Source: Rebecca billardiae RCC1528 (taxonomy: Eukaryota; Protista; Haptophyta). From it: 64,000 bases of DNA. The stretch is from positions 1,984,001 to 2,048,000 of the forward strand of contig OZ251222.1 of the NCBI GenBank assembly GCA_965240325.2. Reading direction: 5' to 3'. A program made the translations under genes and the position numbers. A model generated the notes under the pieces. That model saw only the letters and a list, made by a program, of their open reading frames with translations, made no database searches and had not been told where the DNA came from. Below, in pieces: positions 33,090-43,800 of the stretch; within the stretch, counting starts at the first letter, position 1, and each line of letters begins with the position of its first letter.

Positions 33090-35441
33090 ATGCGCCTCCG
33101 CTTGGCTGTCGCAGTCGCGAGCCTGGCTGCCTTCGCAGCGACGAGGGGTGCTGGGGCGTCGATGGCGCCGTACCGGCTCGTGGACGTCGCGCTCCTGCCG
33201 TCGTCGATCCGCGGGGCGGAGCGCTCGTTCGAGGCTTCGGCCGCCGCGCTGAATGCAGAGTACATGAAGAGCATCGACACCGAGCGGCTGCTCATCGGGT
33301 TTCGGCGCAACGCGGGCCTCGACTGGCACGGGCGCAACGGCTCGGCGCAGCCGTACCACGGCTGGTGCGGCTGGCACTGCATGTGGCTGGGCCACCTGCT
33401 CTCCGGCCTCGCGCATGGCGCGGCGACGACGCGCGACAACTGGCTGCGTGCCAAGGCGATCTACCTCGTGCGCGCGCTGCGCGAGGCGCAGGTGGCGTAC
33501 GCCGCGCTCGACCCGGAGCACGCCGGCTGGCTCGGCACCAAGCCCGCGGCCGAGACCCTCGGGCTGCTGCAGTACGCCAACTTCTCGAGCGCGTTTGTCT
33601 ACGGCGCGCACAAGCTGCTGCAGGGCCTGCTGGACGTGGCGGACGAGCTGCCGACCGAGGCTGAGCTCGGCGCATCGGGCGCGCGCCCGCGCGGCAGCCG
33701 CTCAGCGCCGCCGCCGGCAGCGGCAGCGGCGTCGGCGGCGCCGGCCGGCGACGGCGAAGACGTGCGCGCGCTCGCGCTCCGCATGGCGTCGGAGTGGTGC
33801 GACGCCGCGCACCGCGCGCTCGCGCCGCTCATCGCCTCGCGCGGCTGGGGCTGGTGGTCCGCGGTGTTCACCAACCCGGGGAACGCGGGGAGCGGGTACG
33901 ACTTTGGCGGCATCTACGACGCGCTGGTGCGCGTGCACGCCCACACCCGCCAGCCCCGCCACCTCGAGCTCGCGCTCTACTTCTGCAACTGGCCGTTCTT
34001 CGACGCGCTGCTCGGCGCGCGCGGCGCGCACGCGGCCGCAGAGGTGCTCCACCACCGGCACGCGAACGCGCACGTGCCCGTCGCCGTCGGGTACGCGCGC
34101 GCGTGGCACGCCGCGCGGAACGGCACGCAGCTGCGCGCCGCGCTCGCCTTCTGGCGCGCACTCGCGCCCGTCACCTTCGCCACCGGCTCCTCCTCCGTCG
34201 ACGAGCACTGGGCGTTCCCCGGGCAGATGGGCCACTCGGTGCAGACGCTGTACAACGCGACGAGCGGCGGCGCGATCAACTCGCGCGGCTTCCACACGCA
34301 GGAGACGTGCGTGAGCGTGAACACGCTCAAGCTCGCGTGGCTGCTGCTCGGCGCCGAGCCTGACGAGCTCGCGCTCGCGGACGCGGCCGAGCGGCTCGTT
34401 CAGAACGGCGTGCTCGGCACGCAGCACCCGGGCACGCCCGGTGTGTACGCGTACCTCACGCCGCTCGGGGCGGGCGTCACGCGCGCCAAGTGGGACTGGT
34501 GGGGCTGGGGCAAGCCCTTCGGCTCGTTCTGGTGCTGCTACGGCACGGCGGTCGAGGCGTTCGCCAGGCTGGCCGACGGCATCTTCTGGCACACCGACGC
34601 GGACGCTGCACGCGGCGCCGGGGACAGCGCGGCTGAGCGGCGCGGCGGGGCGCGCGCGCAGCTGCACCGTGTCTCGCTCGCGCGGTACACGCCTGCGCTG
34701 CTCACCCTGCGCGGGCGCGGGGCGCACGGCGCGCGCGAGGCGACGCTGCGGCTGGACGCGTGGCTCGCGCCTGACGCGCGCGCCCTCGAGGTCGAGCTCA
34801 GCGCCTCCTCCGACTCGACCTCGGACGTCGAGCTGCGGCTGCGGCTGCGAGTCCCGGGGTGGTCGGAAAGCGCGGAGGTGCGCCCGTCGGCCGCGAGCGC
34901 GCCGCACGCATCGTCGGGCGCGTGCTCGCTCAAGCGCGCGAGCTGGTGCGAGCTCGCGCCCGTGCGCATCGCGCCGGGCGCGCGCGACGCCGTCGTCGCG
35001 CGCGCGCGCTTCGGCATGGGCGCGCACGTCGAGCACATCGCCGACACACGCCCCGAGTTTGCGTCCGTCTTCTGGCTGCTGTGGGGGCCTTGGGTGCTCG
35101 TCGGCCTCACGGCCGGCGACAACCGCATCGAGGCCGAGCCGGCCGAGGTGCAGCGCTGGCTGCGTCTCCTCGGGCCTGGCGACGACGCCGGGGCGCAGCA
35201 GGCTGGCCTCGTGCCCGTGGCCGTGGGCCGTGCTCTGCGCTTCGTCGCGCCCGGCGCGGACGGTCGGCAGCTGGCGATCGTGCCACTCAACCGCGTCGTC
35301 AACGAGACGTACACAGCGACCTTCAACATCACGCTGGCACCAGTCTCAGCTGCGTGGCCTGTGGCAGGCTCATCGACCTCGCAGCCATCAGACTCCCCAT
35401 TGCCACACTCGTCGCCGCAGCCTGACGCAGTGACGCAGTGA
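33090..35441 (+). CDS. Secreted DUF1680-type glycoside hydrolase (GH127/GH146; beta-L-arabinofuranosidase-like)
   Basis: Signal peptide MRLRLAVAVASLAAFAA. Motifs GHLLSGLA, HKLLQGLLD, HANAHVP, TQETCVSVNTLKL, NGVLGTQ and SFWCCYGTAVEAFARL (Cys-Cys zinc/nucleophile motif), and LRVPGW. Confidence 0.88.
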   Translation: MRLRLAVAVASLAAFAATRGAGASMAPYRLVDVALLPSSIRGAERSFEASAAALNAEYMKSIDTERLLIGFRRNAGLDWHGRNGSAQPYHGWCGWHCMWLGHLLSGLAHGAATTRDNWLRAKAIYLVRALREAQVAYAALDPEHAGWLGTKPAAETLGLLQYANFSSAFVYGAHKLLQGLLDVADELPTEAELGASGARPRGSRSAPPPAAAAASAAPAGDGEDVRALALRMASEWCDAAHRALAPLIASRGWGWWSAVFTNPGNAGSGYDFGGIYDALVRVHAHTRQPRHLELALYFCNWPFFDALLGARGAHAAAEVLHHRHANAHVPVAVGYARAWHAARNGTQLRAALAFWRALAPVTFATGSSSVDEHWAFPGQMGHSVQTLYNATSGGAINSRGFHTQETCVSVNTLKLAWLLLGAEPDELALADAAERLVQNGVLGTQHPGTPGVYAYLTPLGAGVTRAKWDWWGWGKPFGSFWCCYGTAVEAFARLADGIFWHTDADAARGAGDSAAERRGGARAQLHRVSLARYTPALLTLRGRGAHGAREATLRLDAWLAPDARALEVELSASSDSTSDVELRLRLRVPGWSESAEVRPSAASAPHASSGACSLKRASWCELAPVRIAPGARDAVVARARFGMGAHVEHIADTRPEFASVFWLLWGPWVLVGLTAGDNRIEAEPAEVQRWLRLLGPGDDAGAQQAGLVPVAVGRALRFVAPGADGRQLAIVPLNRVVNETYTATFNITLAPVSAAWPVAGSSTSQPSDSPLPHSSPQPDAVTQ

Positions 35442-36448
35442 CGTGGTCACGGCGTCACGCCAAGGGCGGCCTCGCCCTCGCGGCCCCCTCGCCCGTCGGG
35501 CCTGCCTTTCGGGCTTTCGGTCACCCATGATGATCGACAATGATGGATGAGAGTATGGTCTTTGGAGCGCTCGTTGGAACTTGAGCGGGGGGTGGAACTT
35601 GAGGGCACCGCTCCGGGGCGGACTTTCCGACCCCACTCCGCGACTCCCGCAGCGAAGTGCCCCATCTCGGCGGGGCTGGCACGGTCGGCACACGCTCCTG
35701 AGCGCTCGCTTCGCGGTGCGGCAGGCCTTGGGCAGCCCAGACAGACATGCCGCGACCGAATTACCGGGCCATGCGCGCACCACACCCGTGCCACATGTGA
35801 CATGGCCTGCGCGCTGGACGACTGAGAGGCAACGCCGAACCACTGCATTCCACTGCCCCGCATGCACCCCGAGTCACCTTCAGAGGGCGTCGACGAGCGC
35901 AGAGCGGGTGCGTGGGAGTTCGAGCAACTCGTGTACCTTCTTGCAAGCACCAGCGGCGAGGTCGCAAGCCGAAGCTTGACCAGCCGTGGAACTTGAGCTG
36001 GTCGGCAGCAAAACCACCGTTTAACCCGGATCAAGTTAGCAGCGTGCGAGGAGGAGGCGCGGTGCGCGTCCGCGGCTGGCGAGAGGCGTCCGGGCCGTGC
36101 CGTTCTCGCCCGCGCCCGCGCGCTTCCCGCCGCCGCGGGCCCCGTGTACGCCCGTCGTCGCCCTCGCCGCGCGGGCGCCAAACCGCCTACACTGACGAGC
36201 TGTCGTGGTATCACACACGCACTACTACCACCCGTTCCACGAAGGGCGATTAGTGTGAACACGTCCGGGAGCTGATACGGTCGTGACACGACCGTATCAG
36301 CGCCCGGACCACAGTGGGAGCACGCGGGGGGCCGCGGCCGTTGAGAAGGGGCGGGGGCGGGCGGGCGACGTCGACGTCGCGGGGGTCCACGCGCTCTGCT
36401 GTCGAGGAGTTGCTGTTTGCGCCGCGCGCCGCGCTGGCGAGGCGGCAG

Positions 36449-37375
36449 GGACCCATGCGCGCCTTCGAACCCCCGGCGACCGCGCGCGCATCGGCTTCCT
36501 CCGCCTGCGAGTCGCCCGCGACCGCGCCCGCCGCCCGCTGGGAGTGGGTTGACCGCGCCCGAGCCTGCTCGCCGCCGAGCGCAGGGATGAGTTGAGCGCG
36601 GCGCGAGGCGGCGATCGTGGTCGGGCGATCGCATGTGCCCATATGGGCCCCATCTGCCACGGCGCGACCGCTTCAGCATGCGTATGTGACCCCACTTGTC
36701 ATGGTTGTCACATGTCGGGTAGCAGGTGAGCACTGTCAGCCAGCGTGTCCGCGCGCGCCGCACCTGAGCAGGGCCAGACGGGTCGGAAACACGTCACAGT
36801 TGGCATCAGGGCATGCCGATTGCCGTGTATTGCCCAGCGTGGGCCACCAAGGGCATGCCCTTCACTGCACTGCCAGCTCGCAACGTGCGTCAATGCTGAC
36901 GGCAACTCTGGTTGCCAGAAGAACTTGCTTGAGTTCTCGTCGCGAACACGGCATCAGCAGACGCCACATGACTACAGATGCGGACCACTCGTGCCACCCA
37001 GTATGCGTAGTGCAGACATCACGAGACGCCACGGAGCGGCATCCGACCCGCAGAGCCCTGCGCGCGCGCGCGCGGACACGCTGGCTGACAGTGCTCACCT
37101 GCTACCCGACATGAGACAACCATGACAAGTGGGGTCACATACGCATGCTGAAGCGGTCGCGCCGTGGCAGATGGGGCCCATGTGGGCGCATGCGATCGCC
37201 CGACCACGATCGCCGCCTCGCGCCGCGCTCAACTCATCCCTGCGCTCGGCGGCGAGCAGGCTCGGGCGCGGTCAACCCACTCCCAGCGGGCGGCGGGCGC
37301 GGTCGCGGGCGACTCGCAGGCGGAGGAAGCCGATGCGCGCGCGGTCGCCGGGGGTTCGAAGGCGCGCATGGGTCC
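36449..37375. repeat. Long inverted repeat with 310-bp arms (36449-36758 and 37066-37375) and a 307-bp spacer
   Basis: The arms are ungapped reverse complements with 3 mismatches seen. Degenerate extension to ~36418/37405, and an outer 14-bp inverted pair at 36228-36241 / 37510-37523. Confidence 0.95.
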
Positions 37376-37753
37376 AGGCCACCCCGCCAGCCCGGCGCGC
37401 GGCGCCCAAGTCACGTTTCTCTCGGGCCGCACGTCGGCCACGCGCCACTTGATCGCCATCCTGCCGCCACCAGCCGCTGTGCGGGGCGCCTGGCGGCGGA
37501 ACAACACCCCGTGGAACGGGTGGCTCCATACCCCTGAACTTATTAATTAATACTGAATGAATACTGTTACGGGAAAGGATGGATGCCGCATCATGTAAAA
37601 GTCTCGTACTGTATCATGTTCCCAGTTCCATATTCATCGCTGTATTCATTAGCATCCATTGTTGATCAGCGCAGGCATTCTATTTATTGGCGGTGGTGAT
37701 TGTTGAGGGGCTGAGGGCTTGACAGTGAGGCATTGTTGAGCCGGCGGCATTTG

Positions 37754-37795
37754 TACAGTTTACTAAGAATAAGAGACGCACACAGCTCAGGCAGG
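37754..37795 (-). repeat. 42-bp dispersed element, copy 2
   Basis: Exact reverse complement of 830-871. Confidence 0.9.
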
Positions 37796-37881
37796 TAGCA
37801 CTCTGATGAATAGTGGCAGATGTGATTCCCAGCGGTTCCCGCCACGATCGCCCGCGCCCCGCCCATCCTTGGCCTCGCACC

Positions 37882-40800
37882 ATGCCTGCCCTCGTGGGTT
37901 TGGGGGGCGTCCTAACGCTCGTCGTGGCGGCGCCGCACCCGGGCCTGCTGCTGCGCGGGAGCTGCGCGGGTGGAATCCTGCAGATCGCGTCAGGCAGCCA
38001 GCACACCTGCGTCGTCTACGACACTGGCCTGGCGAGATGGTGCGTACCACGTCACTGCGTGCGCGGCTGTGCGCGCACCCCATGTGTTGCCAAGAGGGCT
38101 GGTTGGCTCGTTGCGATTCGGCCCCGCTCAGCCCATTGCGTCTGCGCGCGCCACTGACGCACGAGCTACGCGGCGACCCCCCGCGCGGCGAGCAGCTTCG
38201 GCTTGGGCAGCGCAGGTCAGCTCGGCTACGACGCAGCCGATGACCTCGGCGACGACGAGAACGAGGTTGGCCCTGGCCTTGCCTACCTCACCATGCCCAC
38301 GGCCACCACGATCTCATCCCTGTCGGCCGGCGGGCTACACACGTGCGCGGTGCTCTCGGACGCAACAATTCGATGGTGCGTGCCGCGTGCCAACCACCGC
38401 GAGCCGCTCGTGTGCGGAGCAGCTGGATCTGATGGAGCACGCTCACGCTGGGTGCGCTCCGCGCGCGCGCTGCGCCGGCGGACCGCCCTCCCCCTCGCCA
38501 CAGCTGGGGCTCGAACGCGAAGGGCCAGCTCGGGACGGGAGATACCATCAGCGCCGGTGATGGCAGCGGTCGCGCTATGGGCAACACGCTGCCCGCGGTC
38601 AACCTGAATGGCTCCGCCACGCCGCTCACTGTGCGCTGTGGGAAGGAGCACACGTGTGCGCTCACCACAATCTCGTCCGTGCTCGGCGTGCAGTGCTGGG
38701 GCAAGGCGACCAAGGGCGAGCTGGGGTACGAGGATGTGGCCGTCCGCTCTACGCCCGGGCCCCACCTCGACTTTGGCACTGGGCTGACCGTCAGCACTCT
38801 CAGCTCGCACCTCGGCGAACACAACTGCGTGCTCTTCACTGACGGCTCTGTCAAGTGGTGCGGCGCAGCGCACAGGCGCGCCCCACGAGCGACCAGCGCG
38901 GTGCGACGCGTGACGAGGCGCCTGGCGCGCGCCCCCGTCGTTCACGCGCTCGCGCGCCGCGTGGCGCGCGCGCCCCACACCCGCGCAGCTGGGGCGAGAA
39001 CAACGCCGGCCAGCTGGGCACATCCGACGTGATTTCATACGGTGATGTGGGATCCACGATGGGGGACAACCTGCCCGCGGCCCTGCCTGCCGGCTCGGCC
39101 GTGGAGGTGGAGGTGGGCAAGGAGCACACGTGCGCGCGCTTGAGCGCCGGCGGGCTGAAGTGCTGGGGCAAGGGCGGGCAAGGGCGGCTGGGCAGCGGCG
39201 ATACGCCGGGCACGCTCAGCGACCCGTCCACAGCGGTGGTGTTCGATCTCGGCGCGAGCTACAGCGCAACAGCGATCCAGATGGGCAATCAGCACAGCTG
39301 CGCGCTGCTCACAGCCGGCGCCGTGAAGTGGTGCGTGGCACGCGCGCCCGCTACCCTGCTGACCAGCGGGGCGTGCGTACGCTGCGTGCGCGGACGGTGC
39401 CATCGCGCGCGCCTGCGGCACCATCAGCGCCACCGTGCGGCGTGCGTCCGCACACGGCGCGCGCCGGCCCTCGGTCGTGCTCACCGCCGCTCGTGACGCC
39501 CCGGCCTGCGCGACCGGCTGTGCTGCGCGCGCTCGCGCGACGCTCCGCGACATTCGCGGCGGTGCCGCGGCTCACCTGCGCAGCTGGGGCTCCGCGGCCA
39601 GTGGCCAGATCGGCACCGGCGACAGCGATGACCGCGGCAGCAGCTCGGGCGAGATGGGAGACGCACTGAAGCCCATCCGGCTCGGCACCGGCCGGAGCGG
39701 GCTGCTCATCAGCACCGGGCTCCTGTTCACCTGCGTCGCGACGGACGACGACGACGTCCGATGGTGCGCGCGCGCCTCCGCCGCCGTGCGCGCGCCGCGC
39801 CCTGCACGCCGGGAGACGGCCGCCCGCCCGCGCGTGCCTCTAGCCGGAGCGTGGCCGCGCGCCGCCTGCGTTGGTGGCTGCAGTTGCGCGCGAGCAGCCT
39901 CTGCGTGCAGCGTGCGCCAGGGAAATGCGCGGCGAGCCACCCTAGAGTGTGTGCTCAGCAGCAGCGGGCGCCATCTTCGCAACTGACGGCCTCCCACACA
40001 CGCGCGCTGCTTGCCCGCCGCGCGGCAATCTCTCGACCTGACCCGCGCCCGCGCGCGCAGCTTCGGCGATCCGGCCAAAGGAGCGCTCGGCACCGGAGAT
40101 GCCGAGACGCGCGGGGACGACGACGAGACCATGGGGAATGCTCTACCTGCCATCGGGTTGGCGCCACCGCCGTCCCCGCCCTCGCCGCCACCGAGCCCGC
40201 CGCCCTCACCACCGCCGAGCCCGCCGCCGAGTCCACCGCCAAGTCCACCGCCGCCGAGCCCGCCGCCATCTCCGCCGCCGTCGCCCCCGCCTTCACCACC
40301 GCCGAGCCCTCCACCGTCGCCACCGCCGAGCCCACCGCCGAGCCCGCCGCCGTCGCCGCCGCCGAGCCCGCCGCCGAGCCCGCCGCCATCGCCGCCTCCG
40401 TCGCCGCCTCCGCCGAGCCCGCCGCCTTCGCCACCACCGTCGCCGCCACCAAGCCCGCCACCCAGCCCGCCACCCTCGCCGCCACCGAGCCCGCCACCCT
40501 CGCCGCCACCCTCGCCACCGCCATCGCCTCCGCCAAGCCCGCCGCCCTCGCCACCGCCGAGCCCGCCGCCTCCGAGCCCGCCGCCAAGCCCGCCGCCATC
40601 ACCGCCGCCGAGCCCGCCGCCAAGCCCGCCGCCCTCGCCACCGCCGAGCCCGCCGCCAAGCCCGCCGCCGAGCCCGCCGCCCTCGCCACCGCCGAGCCCG
40701 CCGCCGAGCCCACCGCCAAGTCCACCGCCGCCGAGCCCACCACCATCTCCGCCGCCGTCGCCCCCGCCTTCACCACCGCCGAGCCCTCCACCGTCGCCAC

Positions 40801-43800
40801 CGCCGAGCCCACCGCCGAGCCCGCCGCCGTCGCCGCCGCCGAGCCCGCCGCCGAGCCCGCCGCCATCGCCGCCTCCGTCGCCGCCTCCGCCGAGCCCGCC
40901 GCCTTCGCCACCACCGTCGCCGCCACCAAGCCCGCCACCCTCGCCACCACCCTCGCCGCCACCCTCGCCGCCGCCAAGCCCGCCACCCTCGCCCCCGCCG
41001 TCGCCGCCACCGCCCAGCCCACCACCATCGCCGCCACCGTCGCCGCCGCCAAGCCCGCCGCCAAGCCCGCCGCCATCACCACCGCCGAGCCCGCCGCCCT
41101 CGCCACCGCCGAGCCCGCCGCCTCCGAGCCCGCCGCCAAGCCCGCCGCCATCACCGCCGCCGAGCCTGCCGCCGAGCCCGCCACCCTCGCCACCGCCGAG
41201 CCCGCCGCCGAGCCCGCCGCCGAGCCCGCCGCCCTCGCCACCGCCGAGCCCGCCGCCAAGCCCGCCGCCGAGCCCGCCGCCCTCGCCACCGCCGAGCCCG
41301 CCGCCGAGCCCACCGCCAAGTCCACCGCCGCCGAGCCCGCCACCATCTCCGCCGCCGTCGCCCCCGCCTTCACCCCCGCCGAGCCCTCCACCGTCACCGC
41401 CGCCGAGCCCACCGCCGAGCCCGCCGCCGTCGCCACCGCCAAGCCCGCCGCCAAGCCCGCCGCCAAGCCCACCGCCGTCGCCGCCTCCGCCGAGCCCGCC
41501 GCCTTCGCCACCACCGTCGCCGCCACCAAGCCCGCCACCCAGCCCGCCACCCTCGCCGCCACCGAGCCCGCCACCCTCGCCGCCACCCTCGCCACCGCCA
41601 TCGCCTCCGCCAAGCCCGCCGCCCTCGCCACCGCCGAGCCCGCCGCCTCCGAGCCCGCCGCCAAGCCCGCCGCCATCACCGCCGCCGAGCCCGCCGCCGA
41701 GCCCGCCGCCCTCGCCACCGCCGAGCCCGCCGCCAAGCCCGCCGCCGAGCCCGCCGCCCTCGCCACCGCCGAGCCCGCCGCCGAGCCCACCGCCAAGTCC
41801 ACCGCCGCCGAGCCCACCACCATCTCCGCCGCCGTCGCCCCCGCCTTCACCACCGCCGAGCCCTCCACCGTCGCCACCGCCGAGCCCACCGCCGAGCCCG
41901 CCGCCGTCGCCGCCGCCGAGCCCGCCGCCGAGCCCGCCGCCATCGCCGCCTCCGTCGCCGCCTCCGCCGAGCCCGCCGCCTTCGCCACCACCGTCGCCGC
42001 CACCAAGCCCGCCACCCTCGCCACCACCCTCGCCGCCACCCTCGCCGCCGCCAAGCCCGCCACCCTCGCCCCCGCCGTCGCCGCCACCGCCCAGCCCACC
42101 ACCATCGCCGCCACCGTCGCCGCCGCCAAGCCCGCCGCCAAGCCCGCCGCCATCACCACCGCCGAGCCCGCCGCCCTCGCCACCGCCGAGCCCGCCGCCT
42201 CCGAGCCCGCCGCCAAGCCCGCCGCCATCACCGCCGCCGAGCCTGCCGCCGAGCCCGCCACCCTCGCCACCGCCGAGCCCGCCGCCGAGCCCGCCGCCGA
42301 GCCCGCCGCCCTCGCCACCGCCGAGCCCGCCGCCAAGCCCGCCGCCGAGCCCGCCGCCCTCGCCACCGCCGAGCCCGCCGCCGAGCCCACCGCCAAGTCC
42401 ACCGCCGCCGAGCCCGCCACCATCTCCGCCGCCGTCGCCCCCGCCTTCACCCCCGCCGAGCCCTCCACCGTCACCGCCGCCGAGCCCACCGCCGAGCCCG
42501 CCGCCGTCGCCACCGCCAAGCCCGCCGCCAAGCCCGCCGCCAAGCCCACCGCCGTCGCCGCCTCCGCCGAGCCCGCCGCCTTCGCCACCACCGTCGCCGC
42601 CACCAAGCCCGCCACCCAGCCCGCCACCCTCGCCGCCACCGAGCCCGCCACCCTCGCCGCCACCCTCGCCACCGCCATCGCCTCCGCCAAGCCCGCCGCC
42701 CTCGCCGCCGCCGAGCCCACCGCCTCCGAGCCCGCCGCCAGGCCCGCCGCCATCACCGCCGCCGAGCCCGCCGCCGAGCCCGCCGCCCTCGCCACCGCCG
42801 AGCCCGCCGCCGAGCCCGCCGCCGAGCCCGCCGCCCTCGCCACCACCGAGCCCGCCGCCGAGCCCACCGCCAAGTCCACCGCCGCCGCACCCGCCACCAT
42901 CTCCACCGCCGTCGCCCCCGCCTTCACCCCCGCCGAGCCCTCCACCGTCGCCGCCGCCGAGCCCACCGCCGAGCCCGCCGCCGTCGCCGCCGCCGAGCCC
43001 GCCGCCGAGCCCGCCGCCATCGCCGCCTCCGTCGCCGCCTCCGCCGAGCCCGCCGCCGTCGCCACCACCGTCACCGCCGCCGAGCCCGCCACCCAGCCCG
43101 CCGCCCTCGCCGCCACCGAGCCCGCCACCCTCGCCGCCACCCTCGCCACCGCCATCGCCTCCGCCAAGCCCGCCGCCCTCGCCACCGCCGAGCCCGCCGC
43201 CTCCGAGCCCGCCGCCAAGCCCGCCGCCATCACCGCCGCCGAGCCCGCCGCCGAGCCCGCCGCCCTCGCCACCGCCGAGCCCGCCGCCAAGCCCGCCGCC
43301 GAGCCCGCCGCCCTCGCCACCGCCGAGCCCGCCGCCGAGCCCACCGCCAAGTCCACCGCCGCCGAGCCCGCCACCATCTCCGCCGCCGTCGCCCCCGCCT
43401 TCACCACCGCCGAGCCCTCCACCGTCGCCGCCGCCGAGCCCACCGCCGAGCCCGCCGCCGTCGCCGCCGCCGAGCCCGCCGCCGAGCCCGCCGCCATCGC
43501 CGCCTCCGTCGCCGCCTCCGCCGAGCCCGCCGCCGTCGCCACCACCGTCGCCGCCGCCGAGCCCGCCACCCAGCCCGCCACCCTCGCCGCCACCGAGCCC
43601 GCCACCCTCGCCGCCACCCTCGCCACCGCCATCGCCTCCGCCAAGCCCGCCGCCCTCGCCACCGCCGAGCCCGCCGCCTCCGAGCCCGCCGCCAAGCCCG
43701 CCGCCAAGCCCGCCGCCGAGCCCGCCGCCAAGCCCGCCGCCCTCGCCACCGCCGAGCCCGCCGCCGAGCCCACCGCCAAGTCCACCGCCGCCGAGCCCGC

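Noticed and set aside
35447-37550. ORFs within the inverted-repeat region as a transposase
   Set aside because: No DDE, RT, YR or HUH motifs are recognisable, and the ORFs mirror each other because of the repeat.
37801-37840. CTGATGA as a hammerhead ribozyme core next to the 42-bp element
   Set aside because: No following stem II with GAAA and no consistent pairing.
38040-40060. Introner-type mobile introns
   Set aside because: The introns share only splice-site consensus, with no extended mutual similarity or terminal repeats visible.
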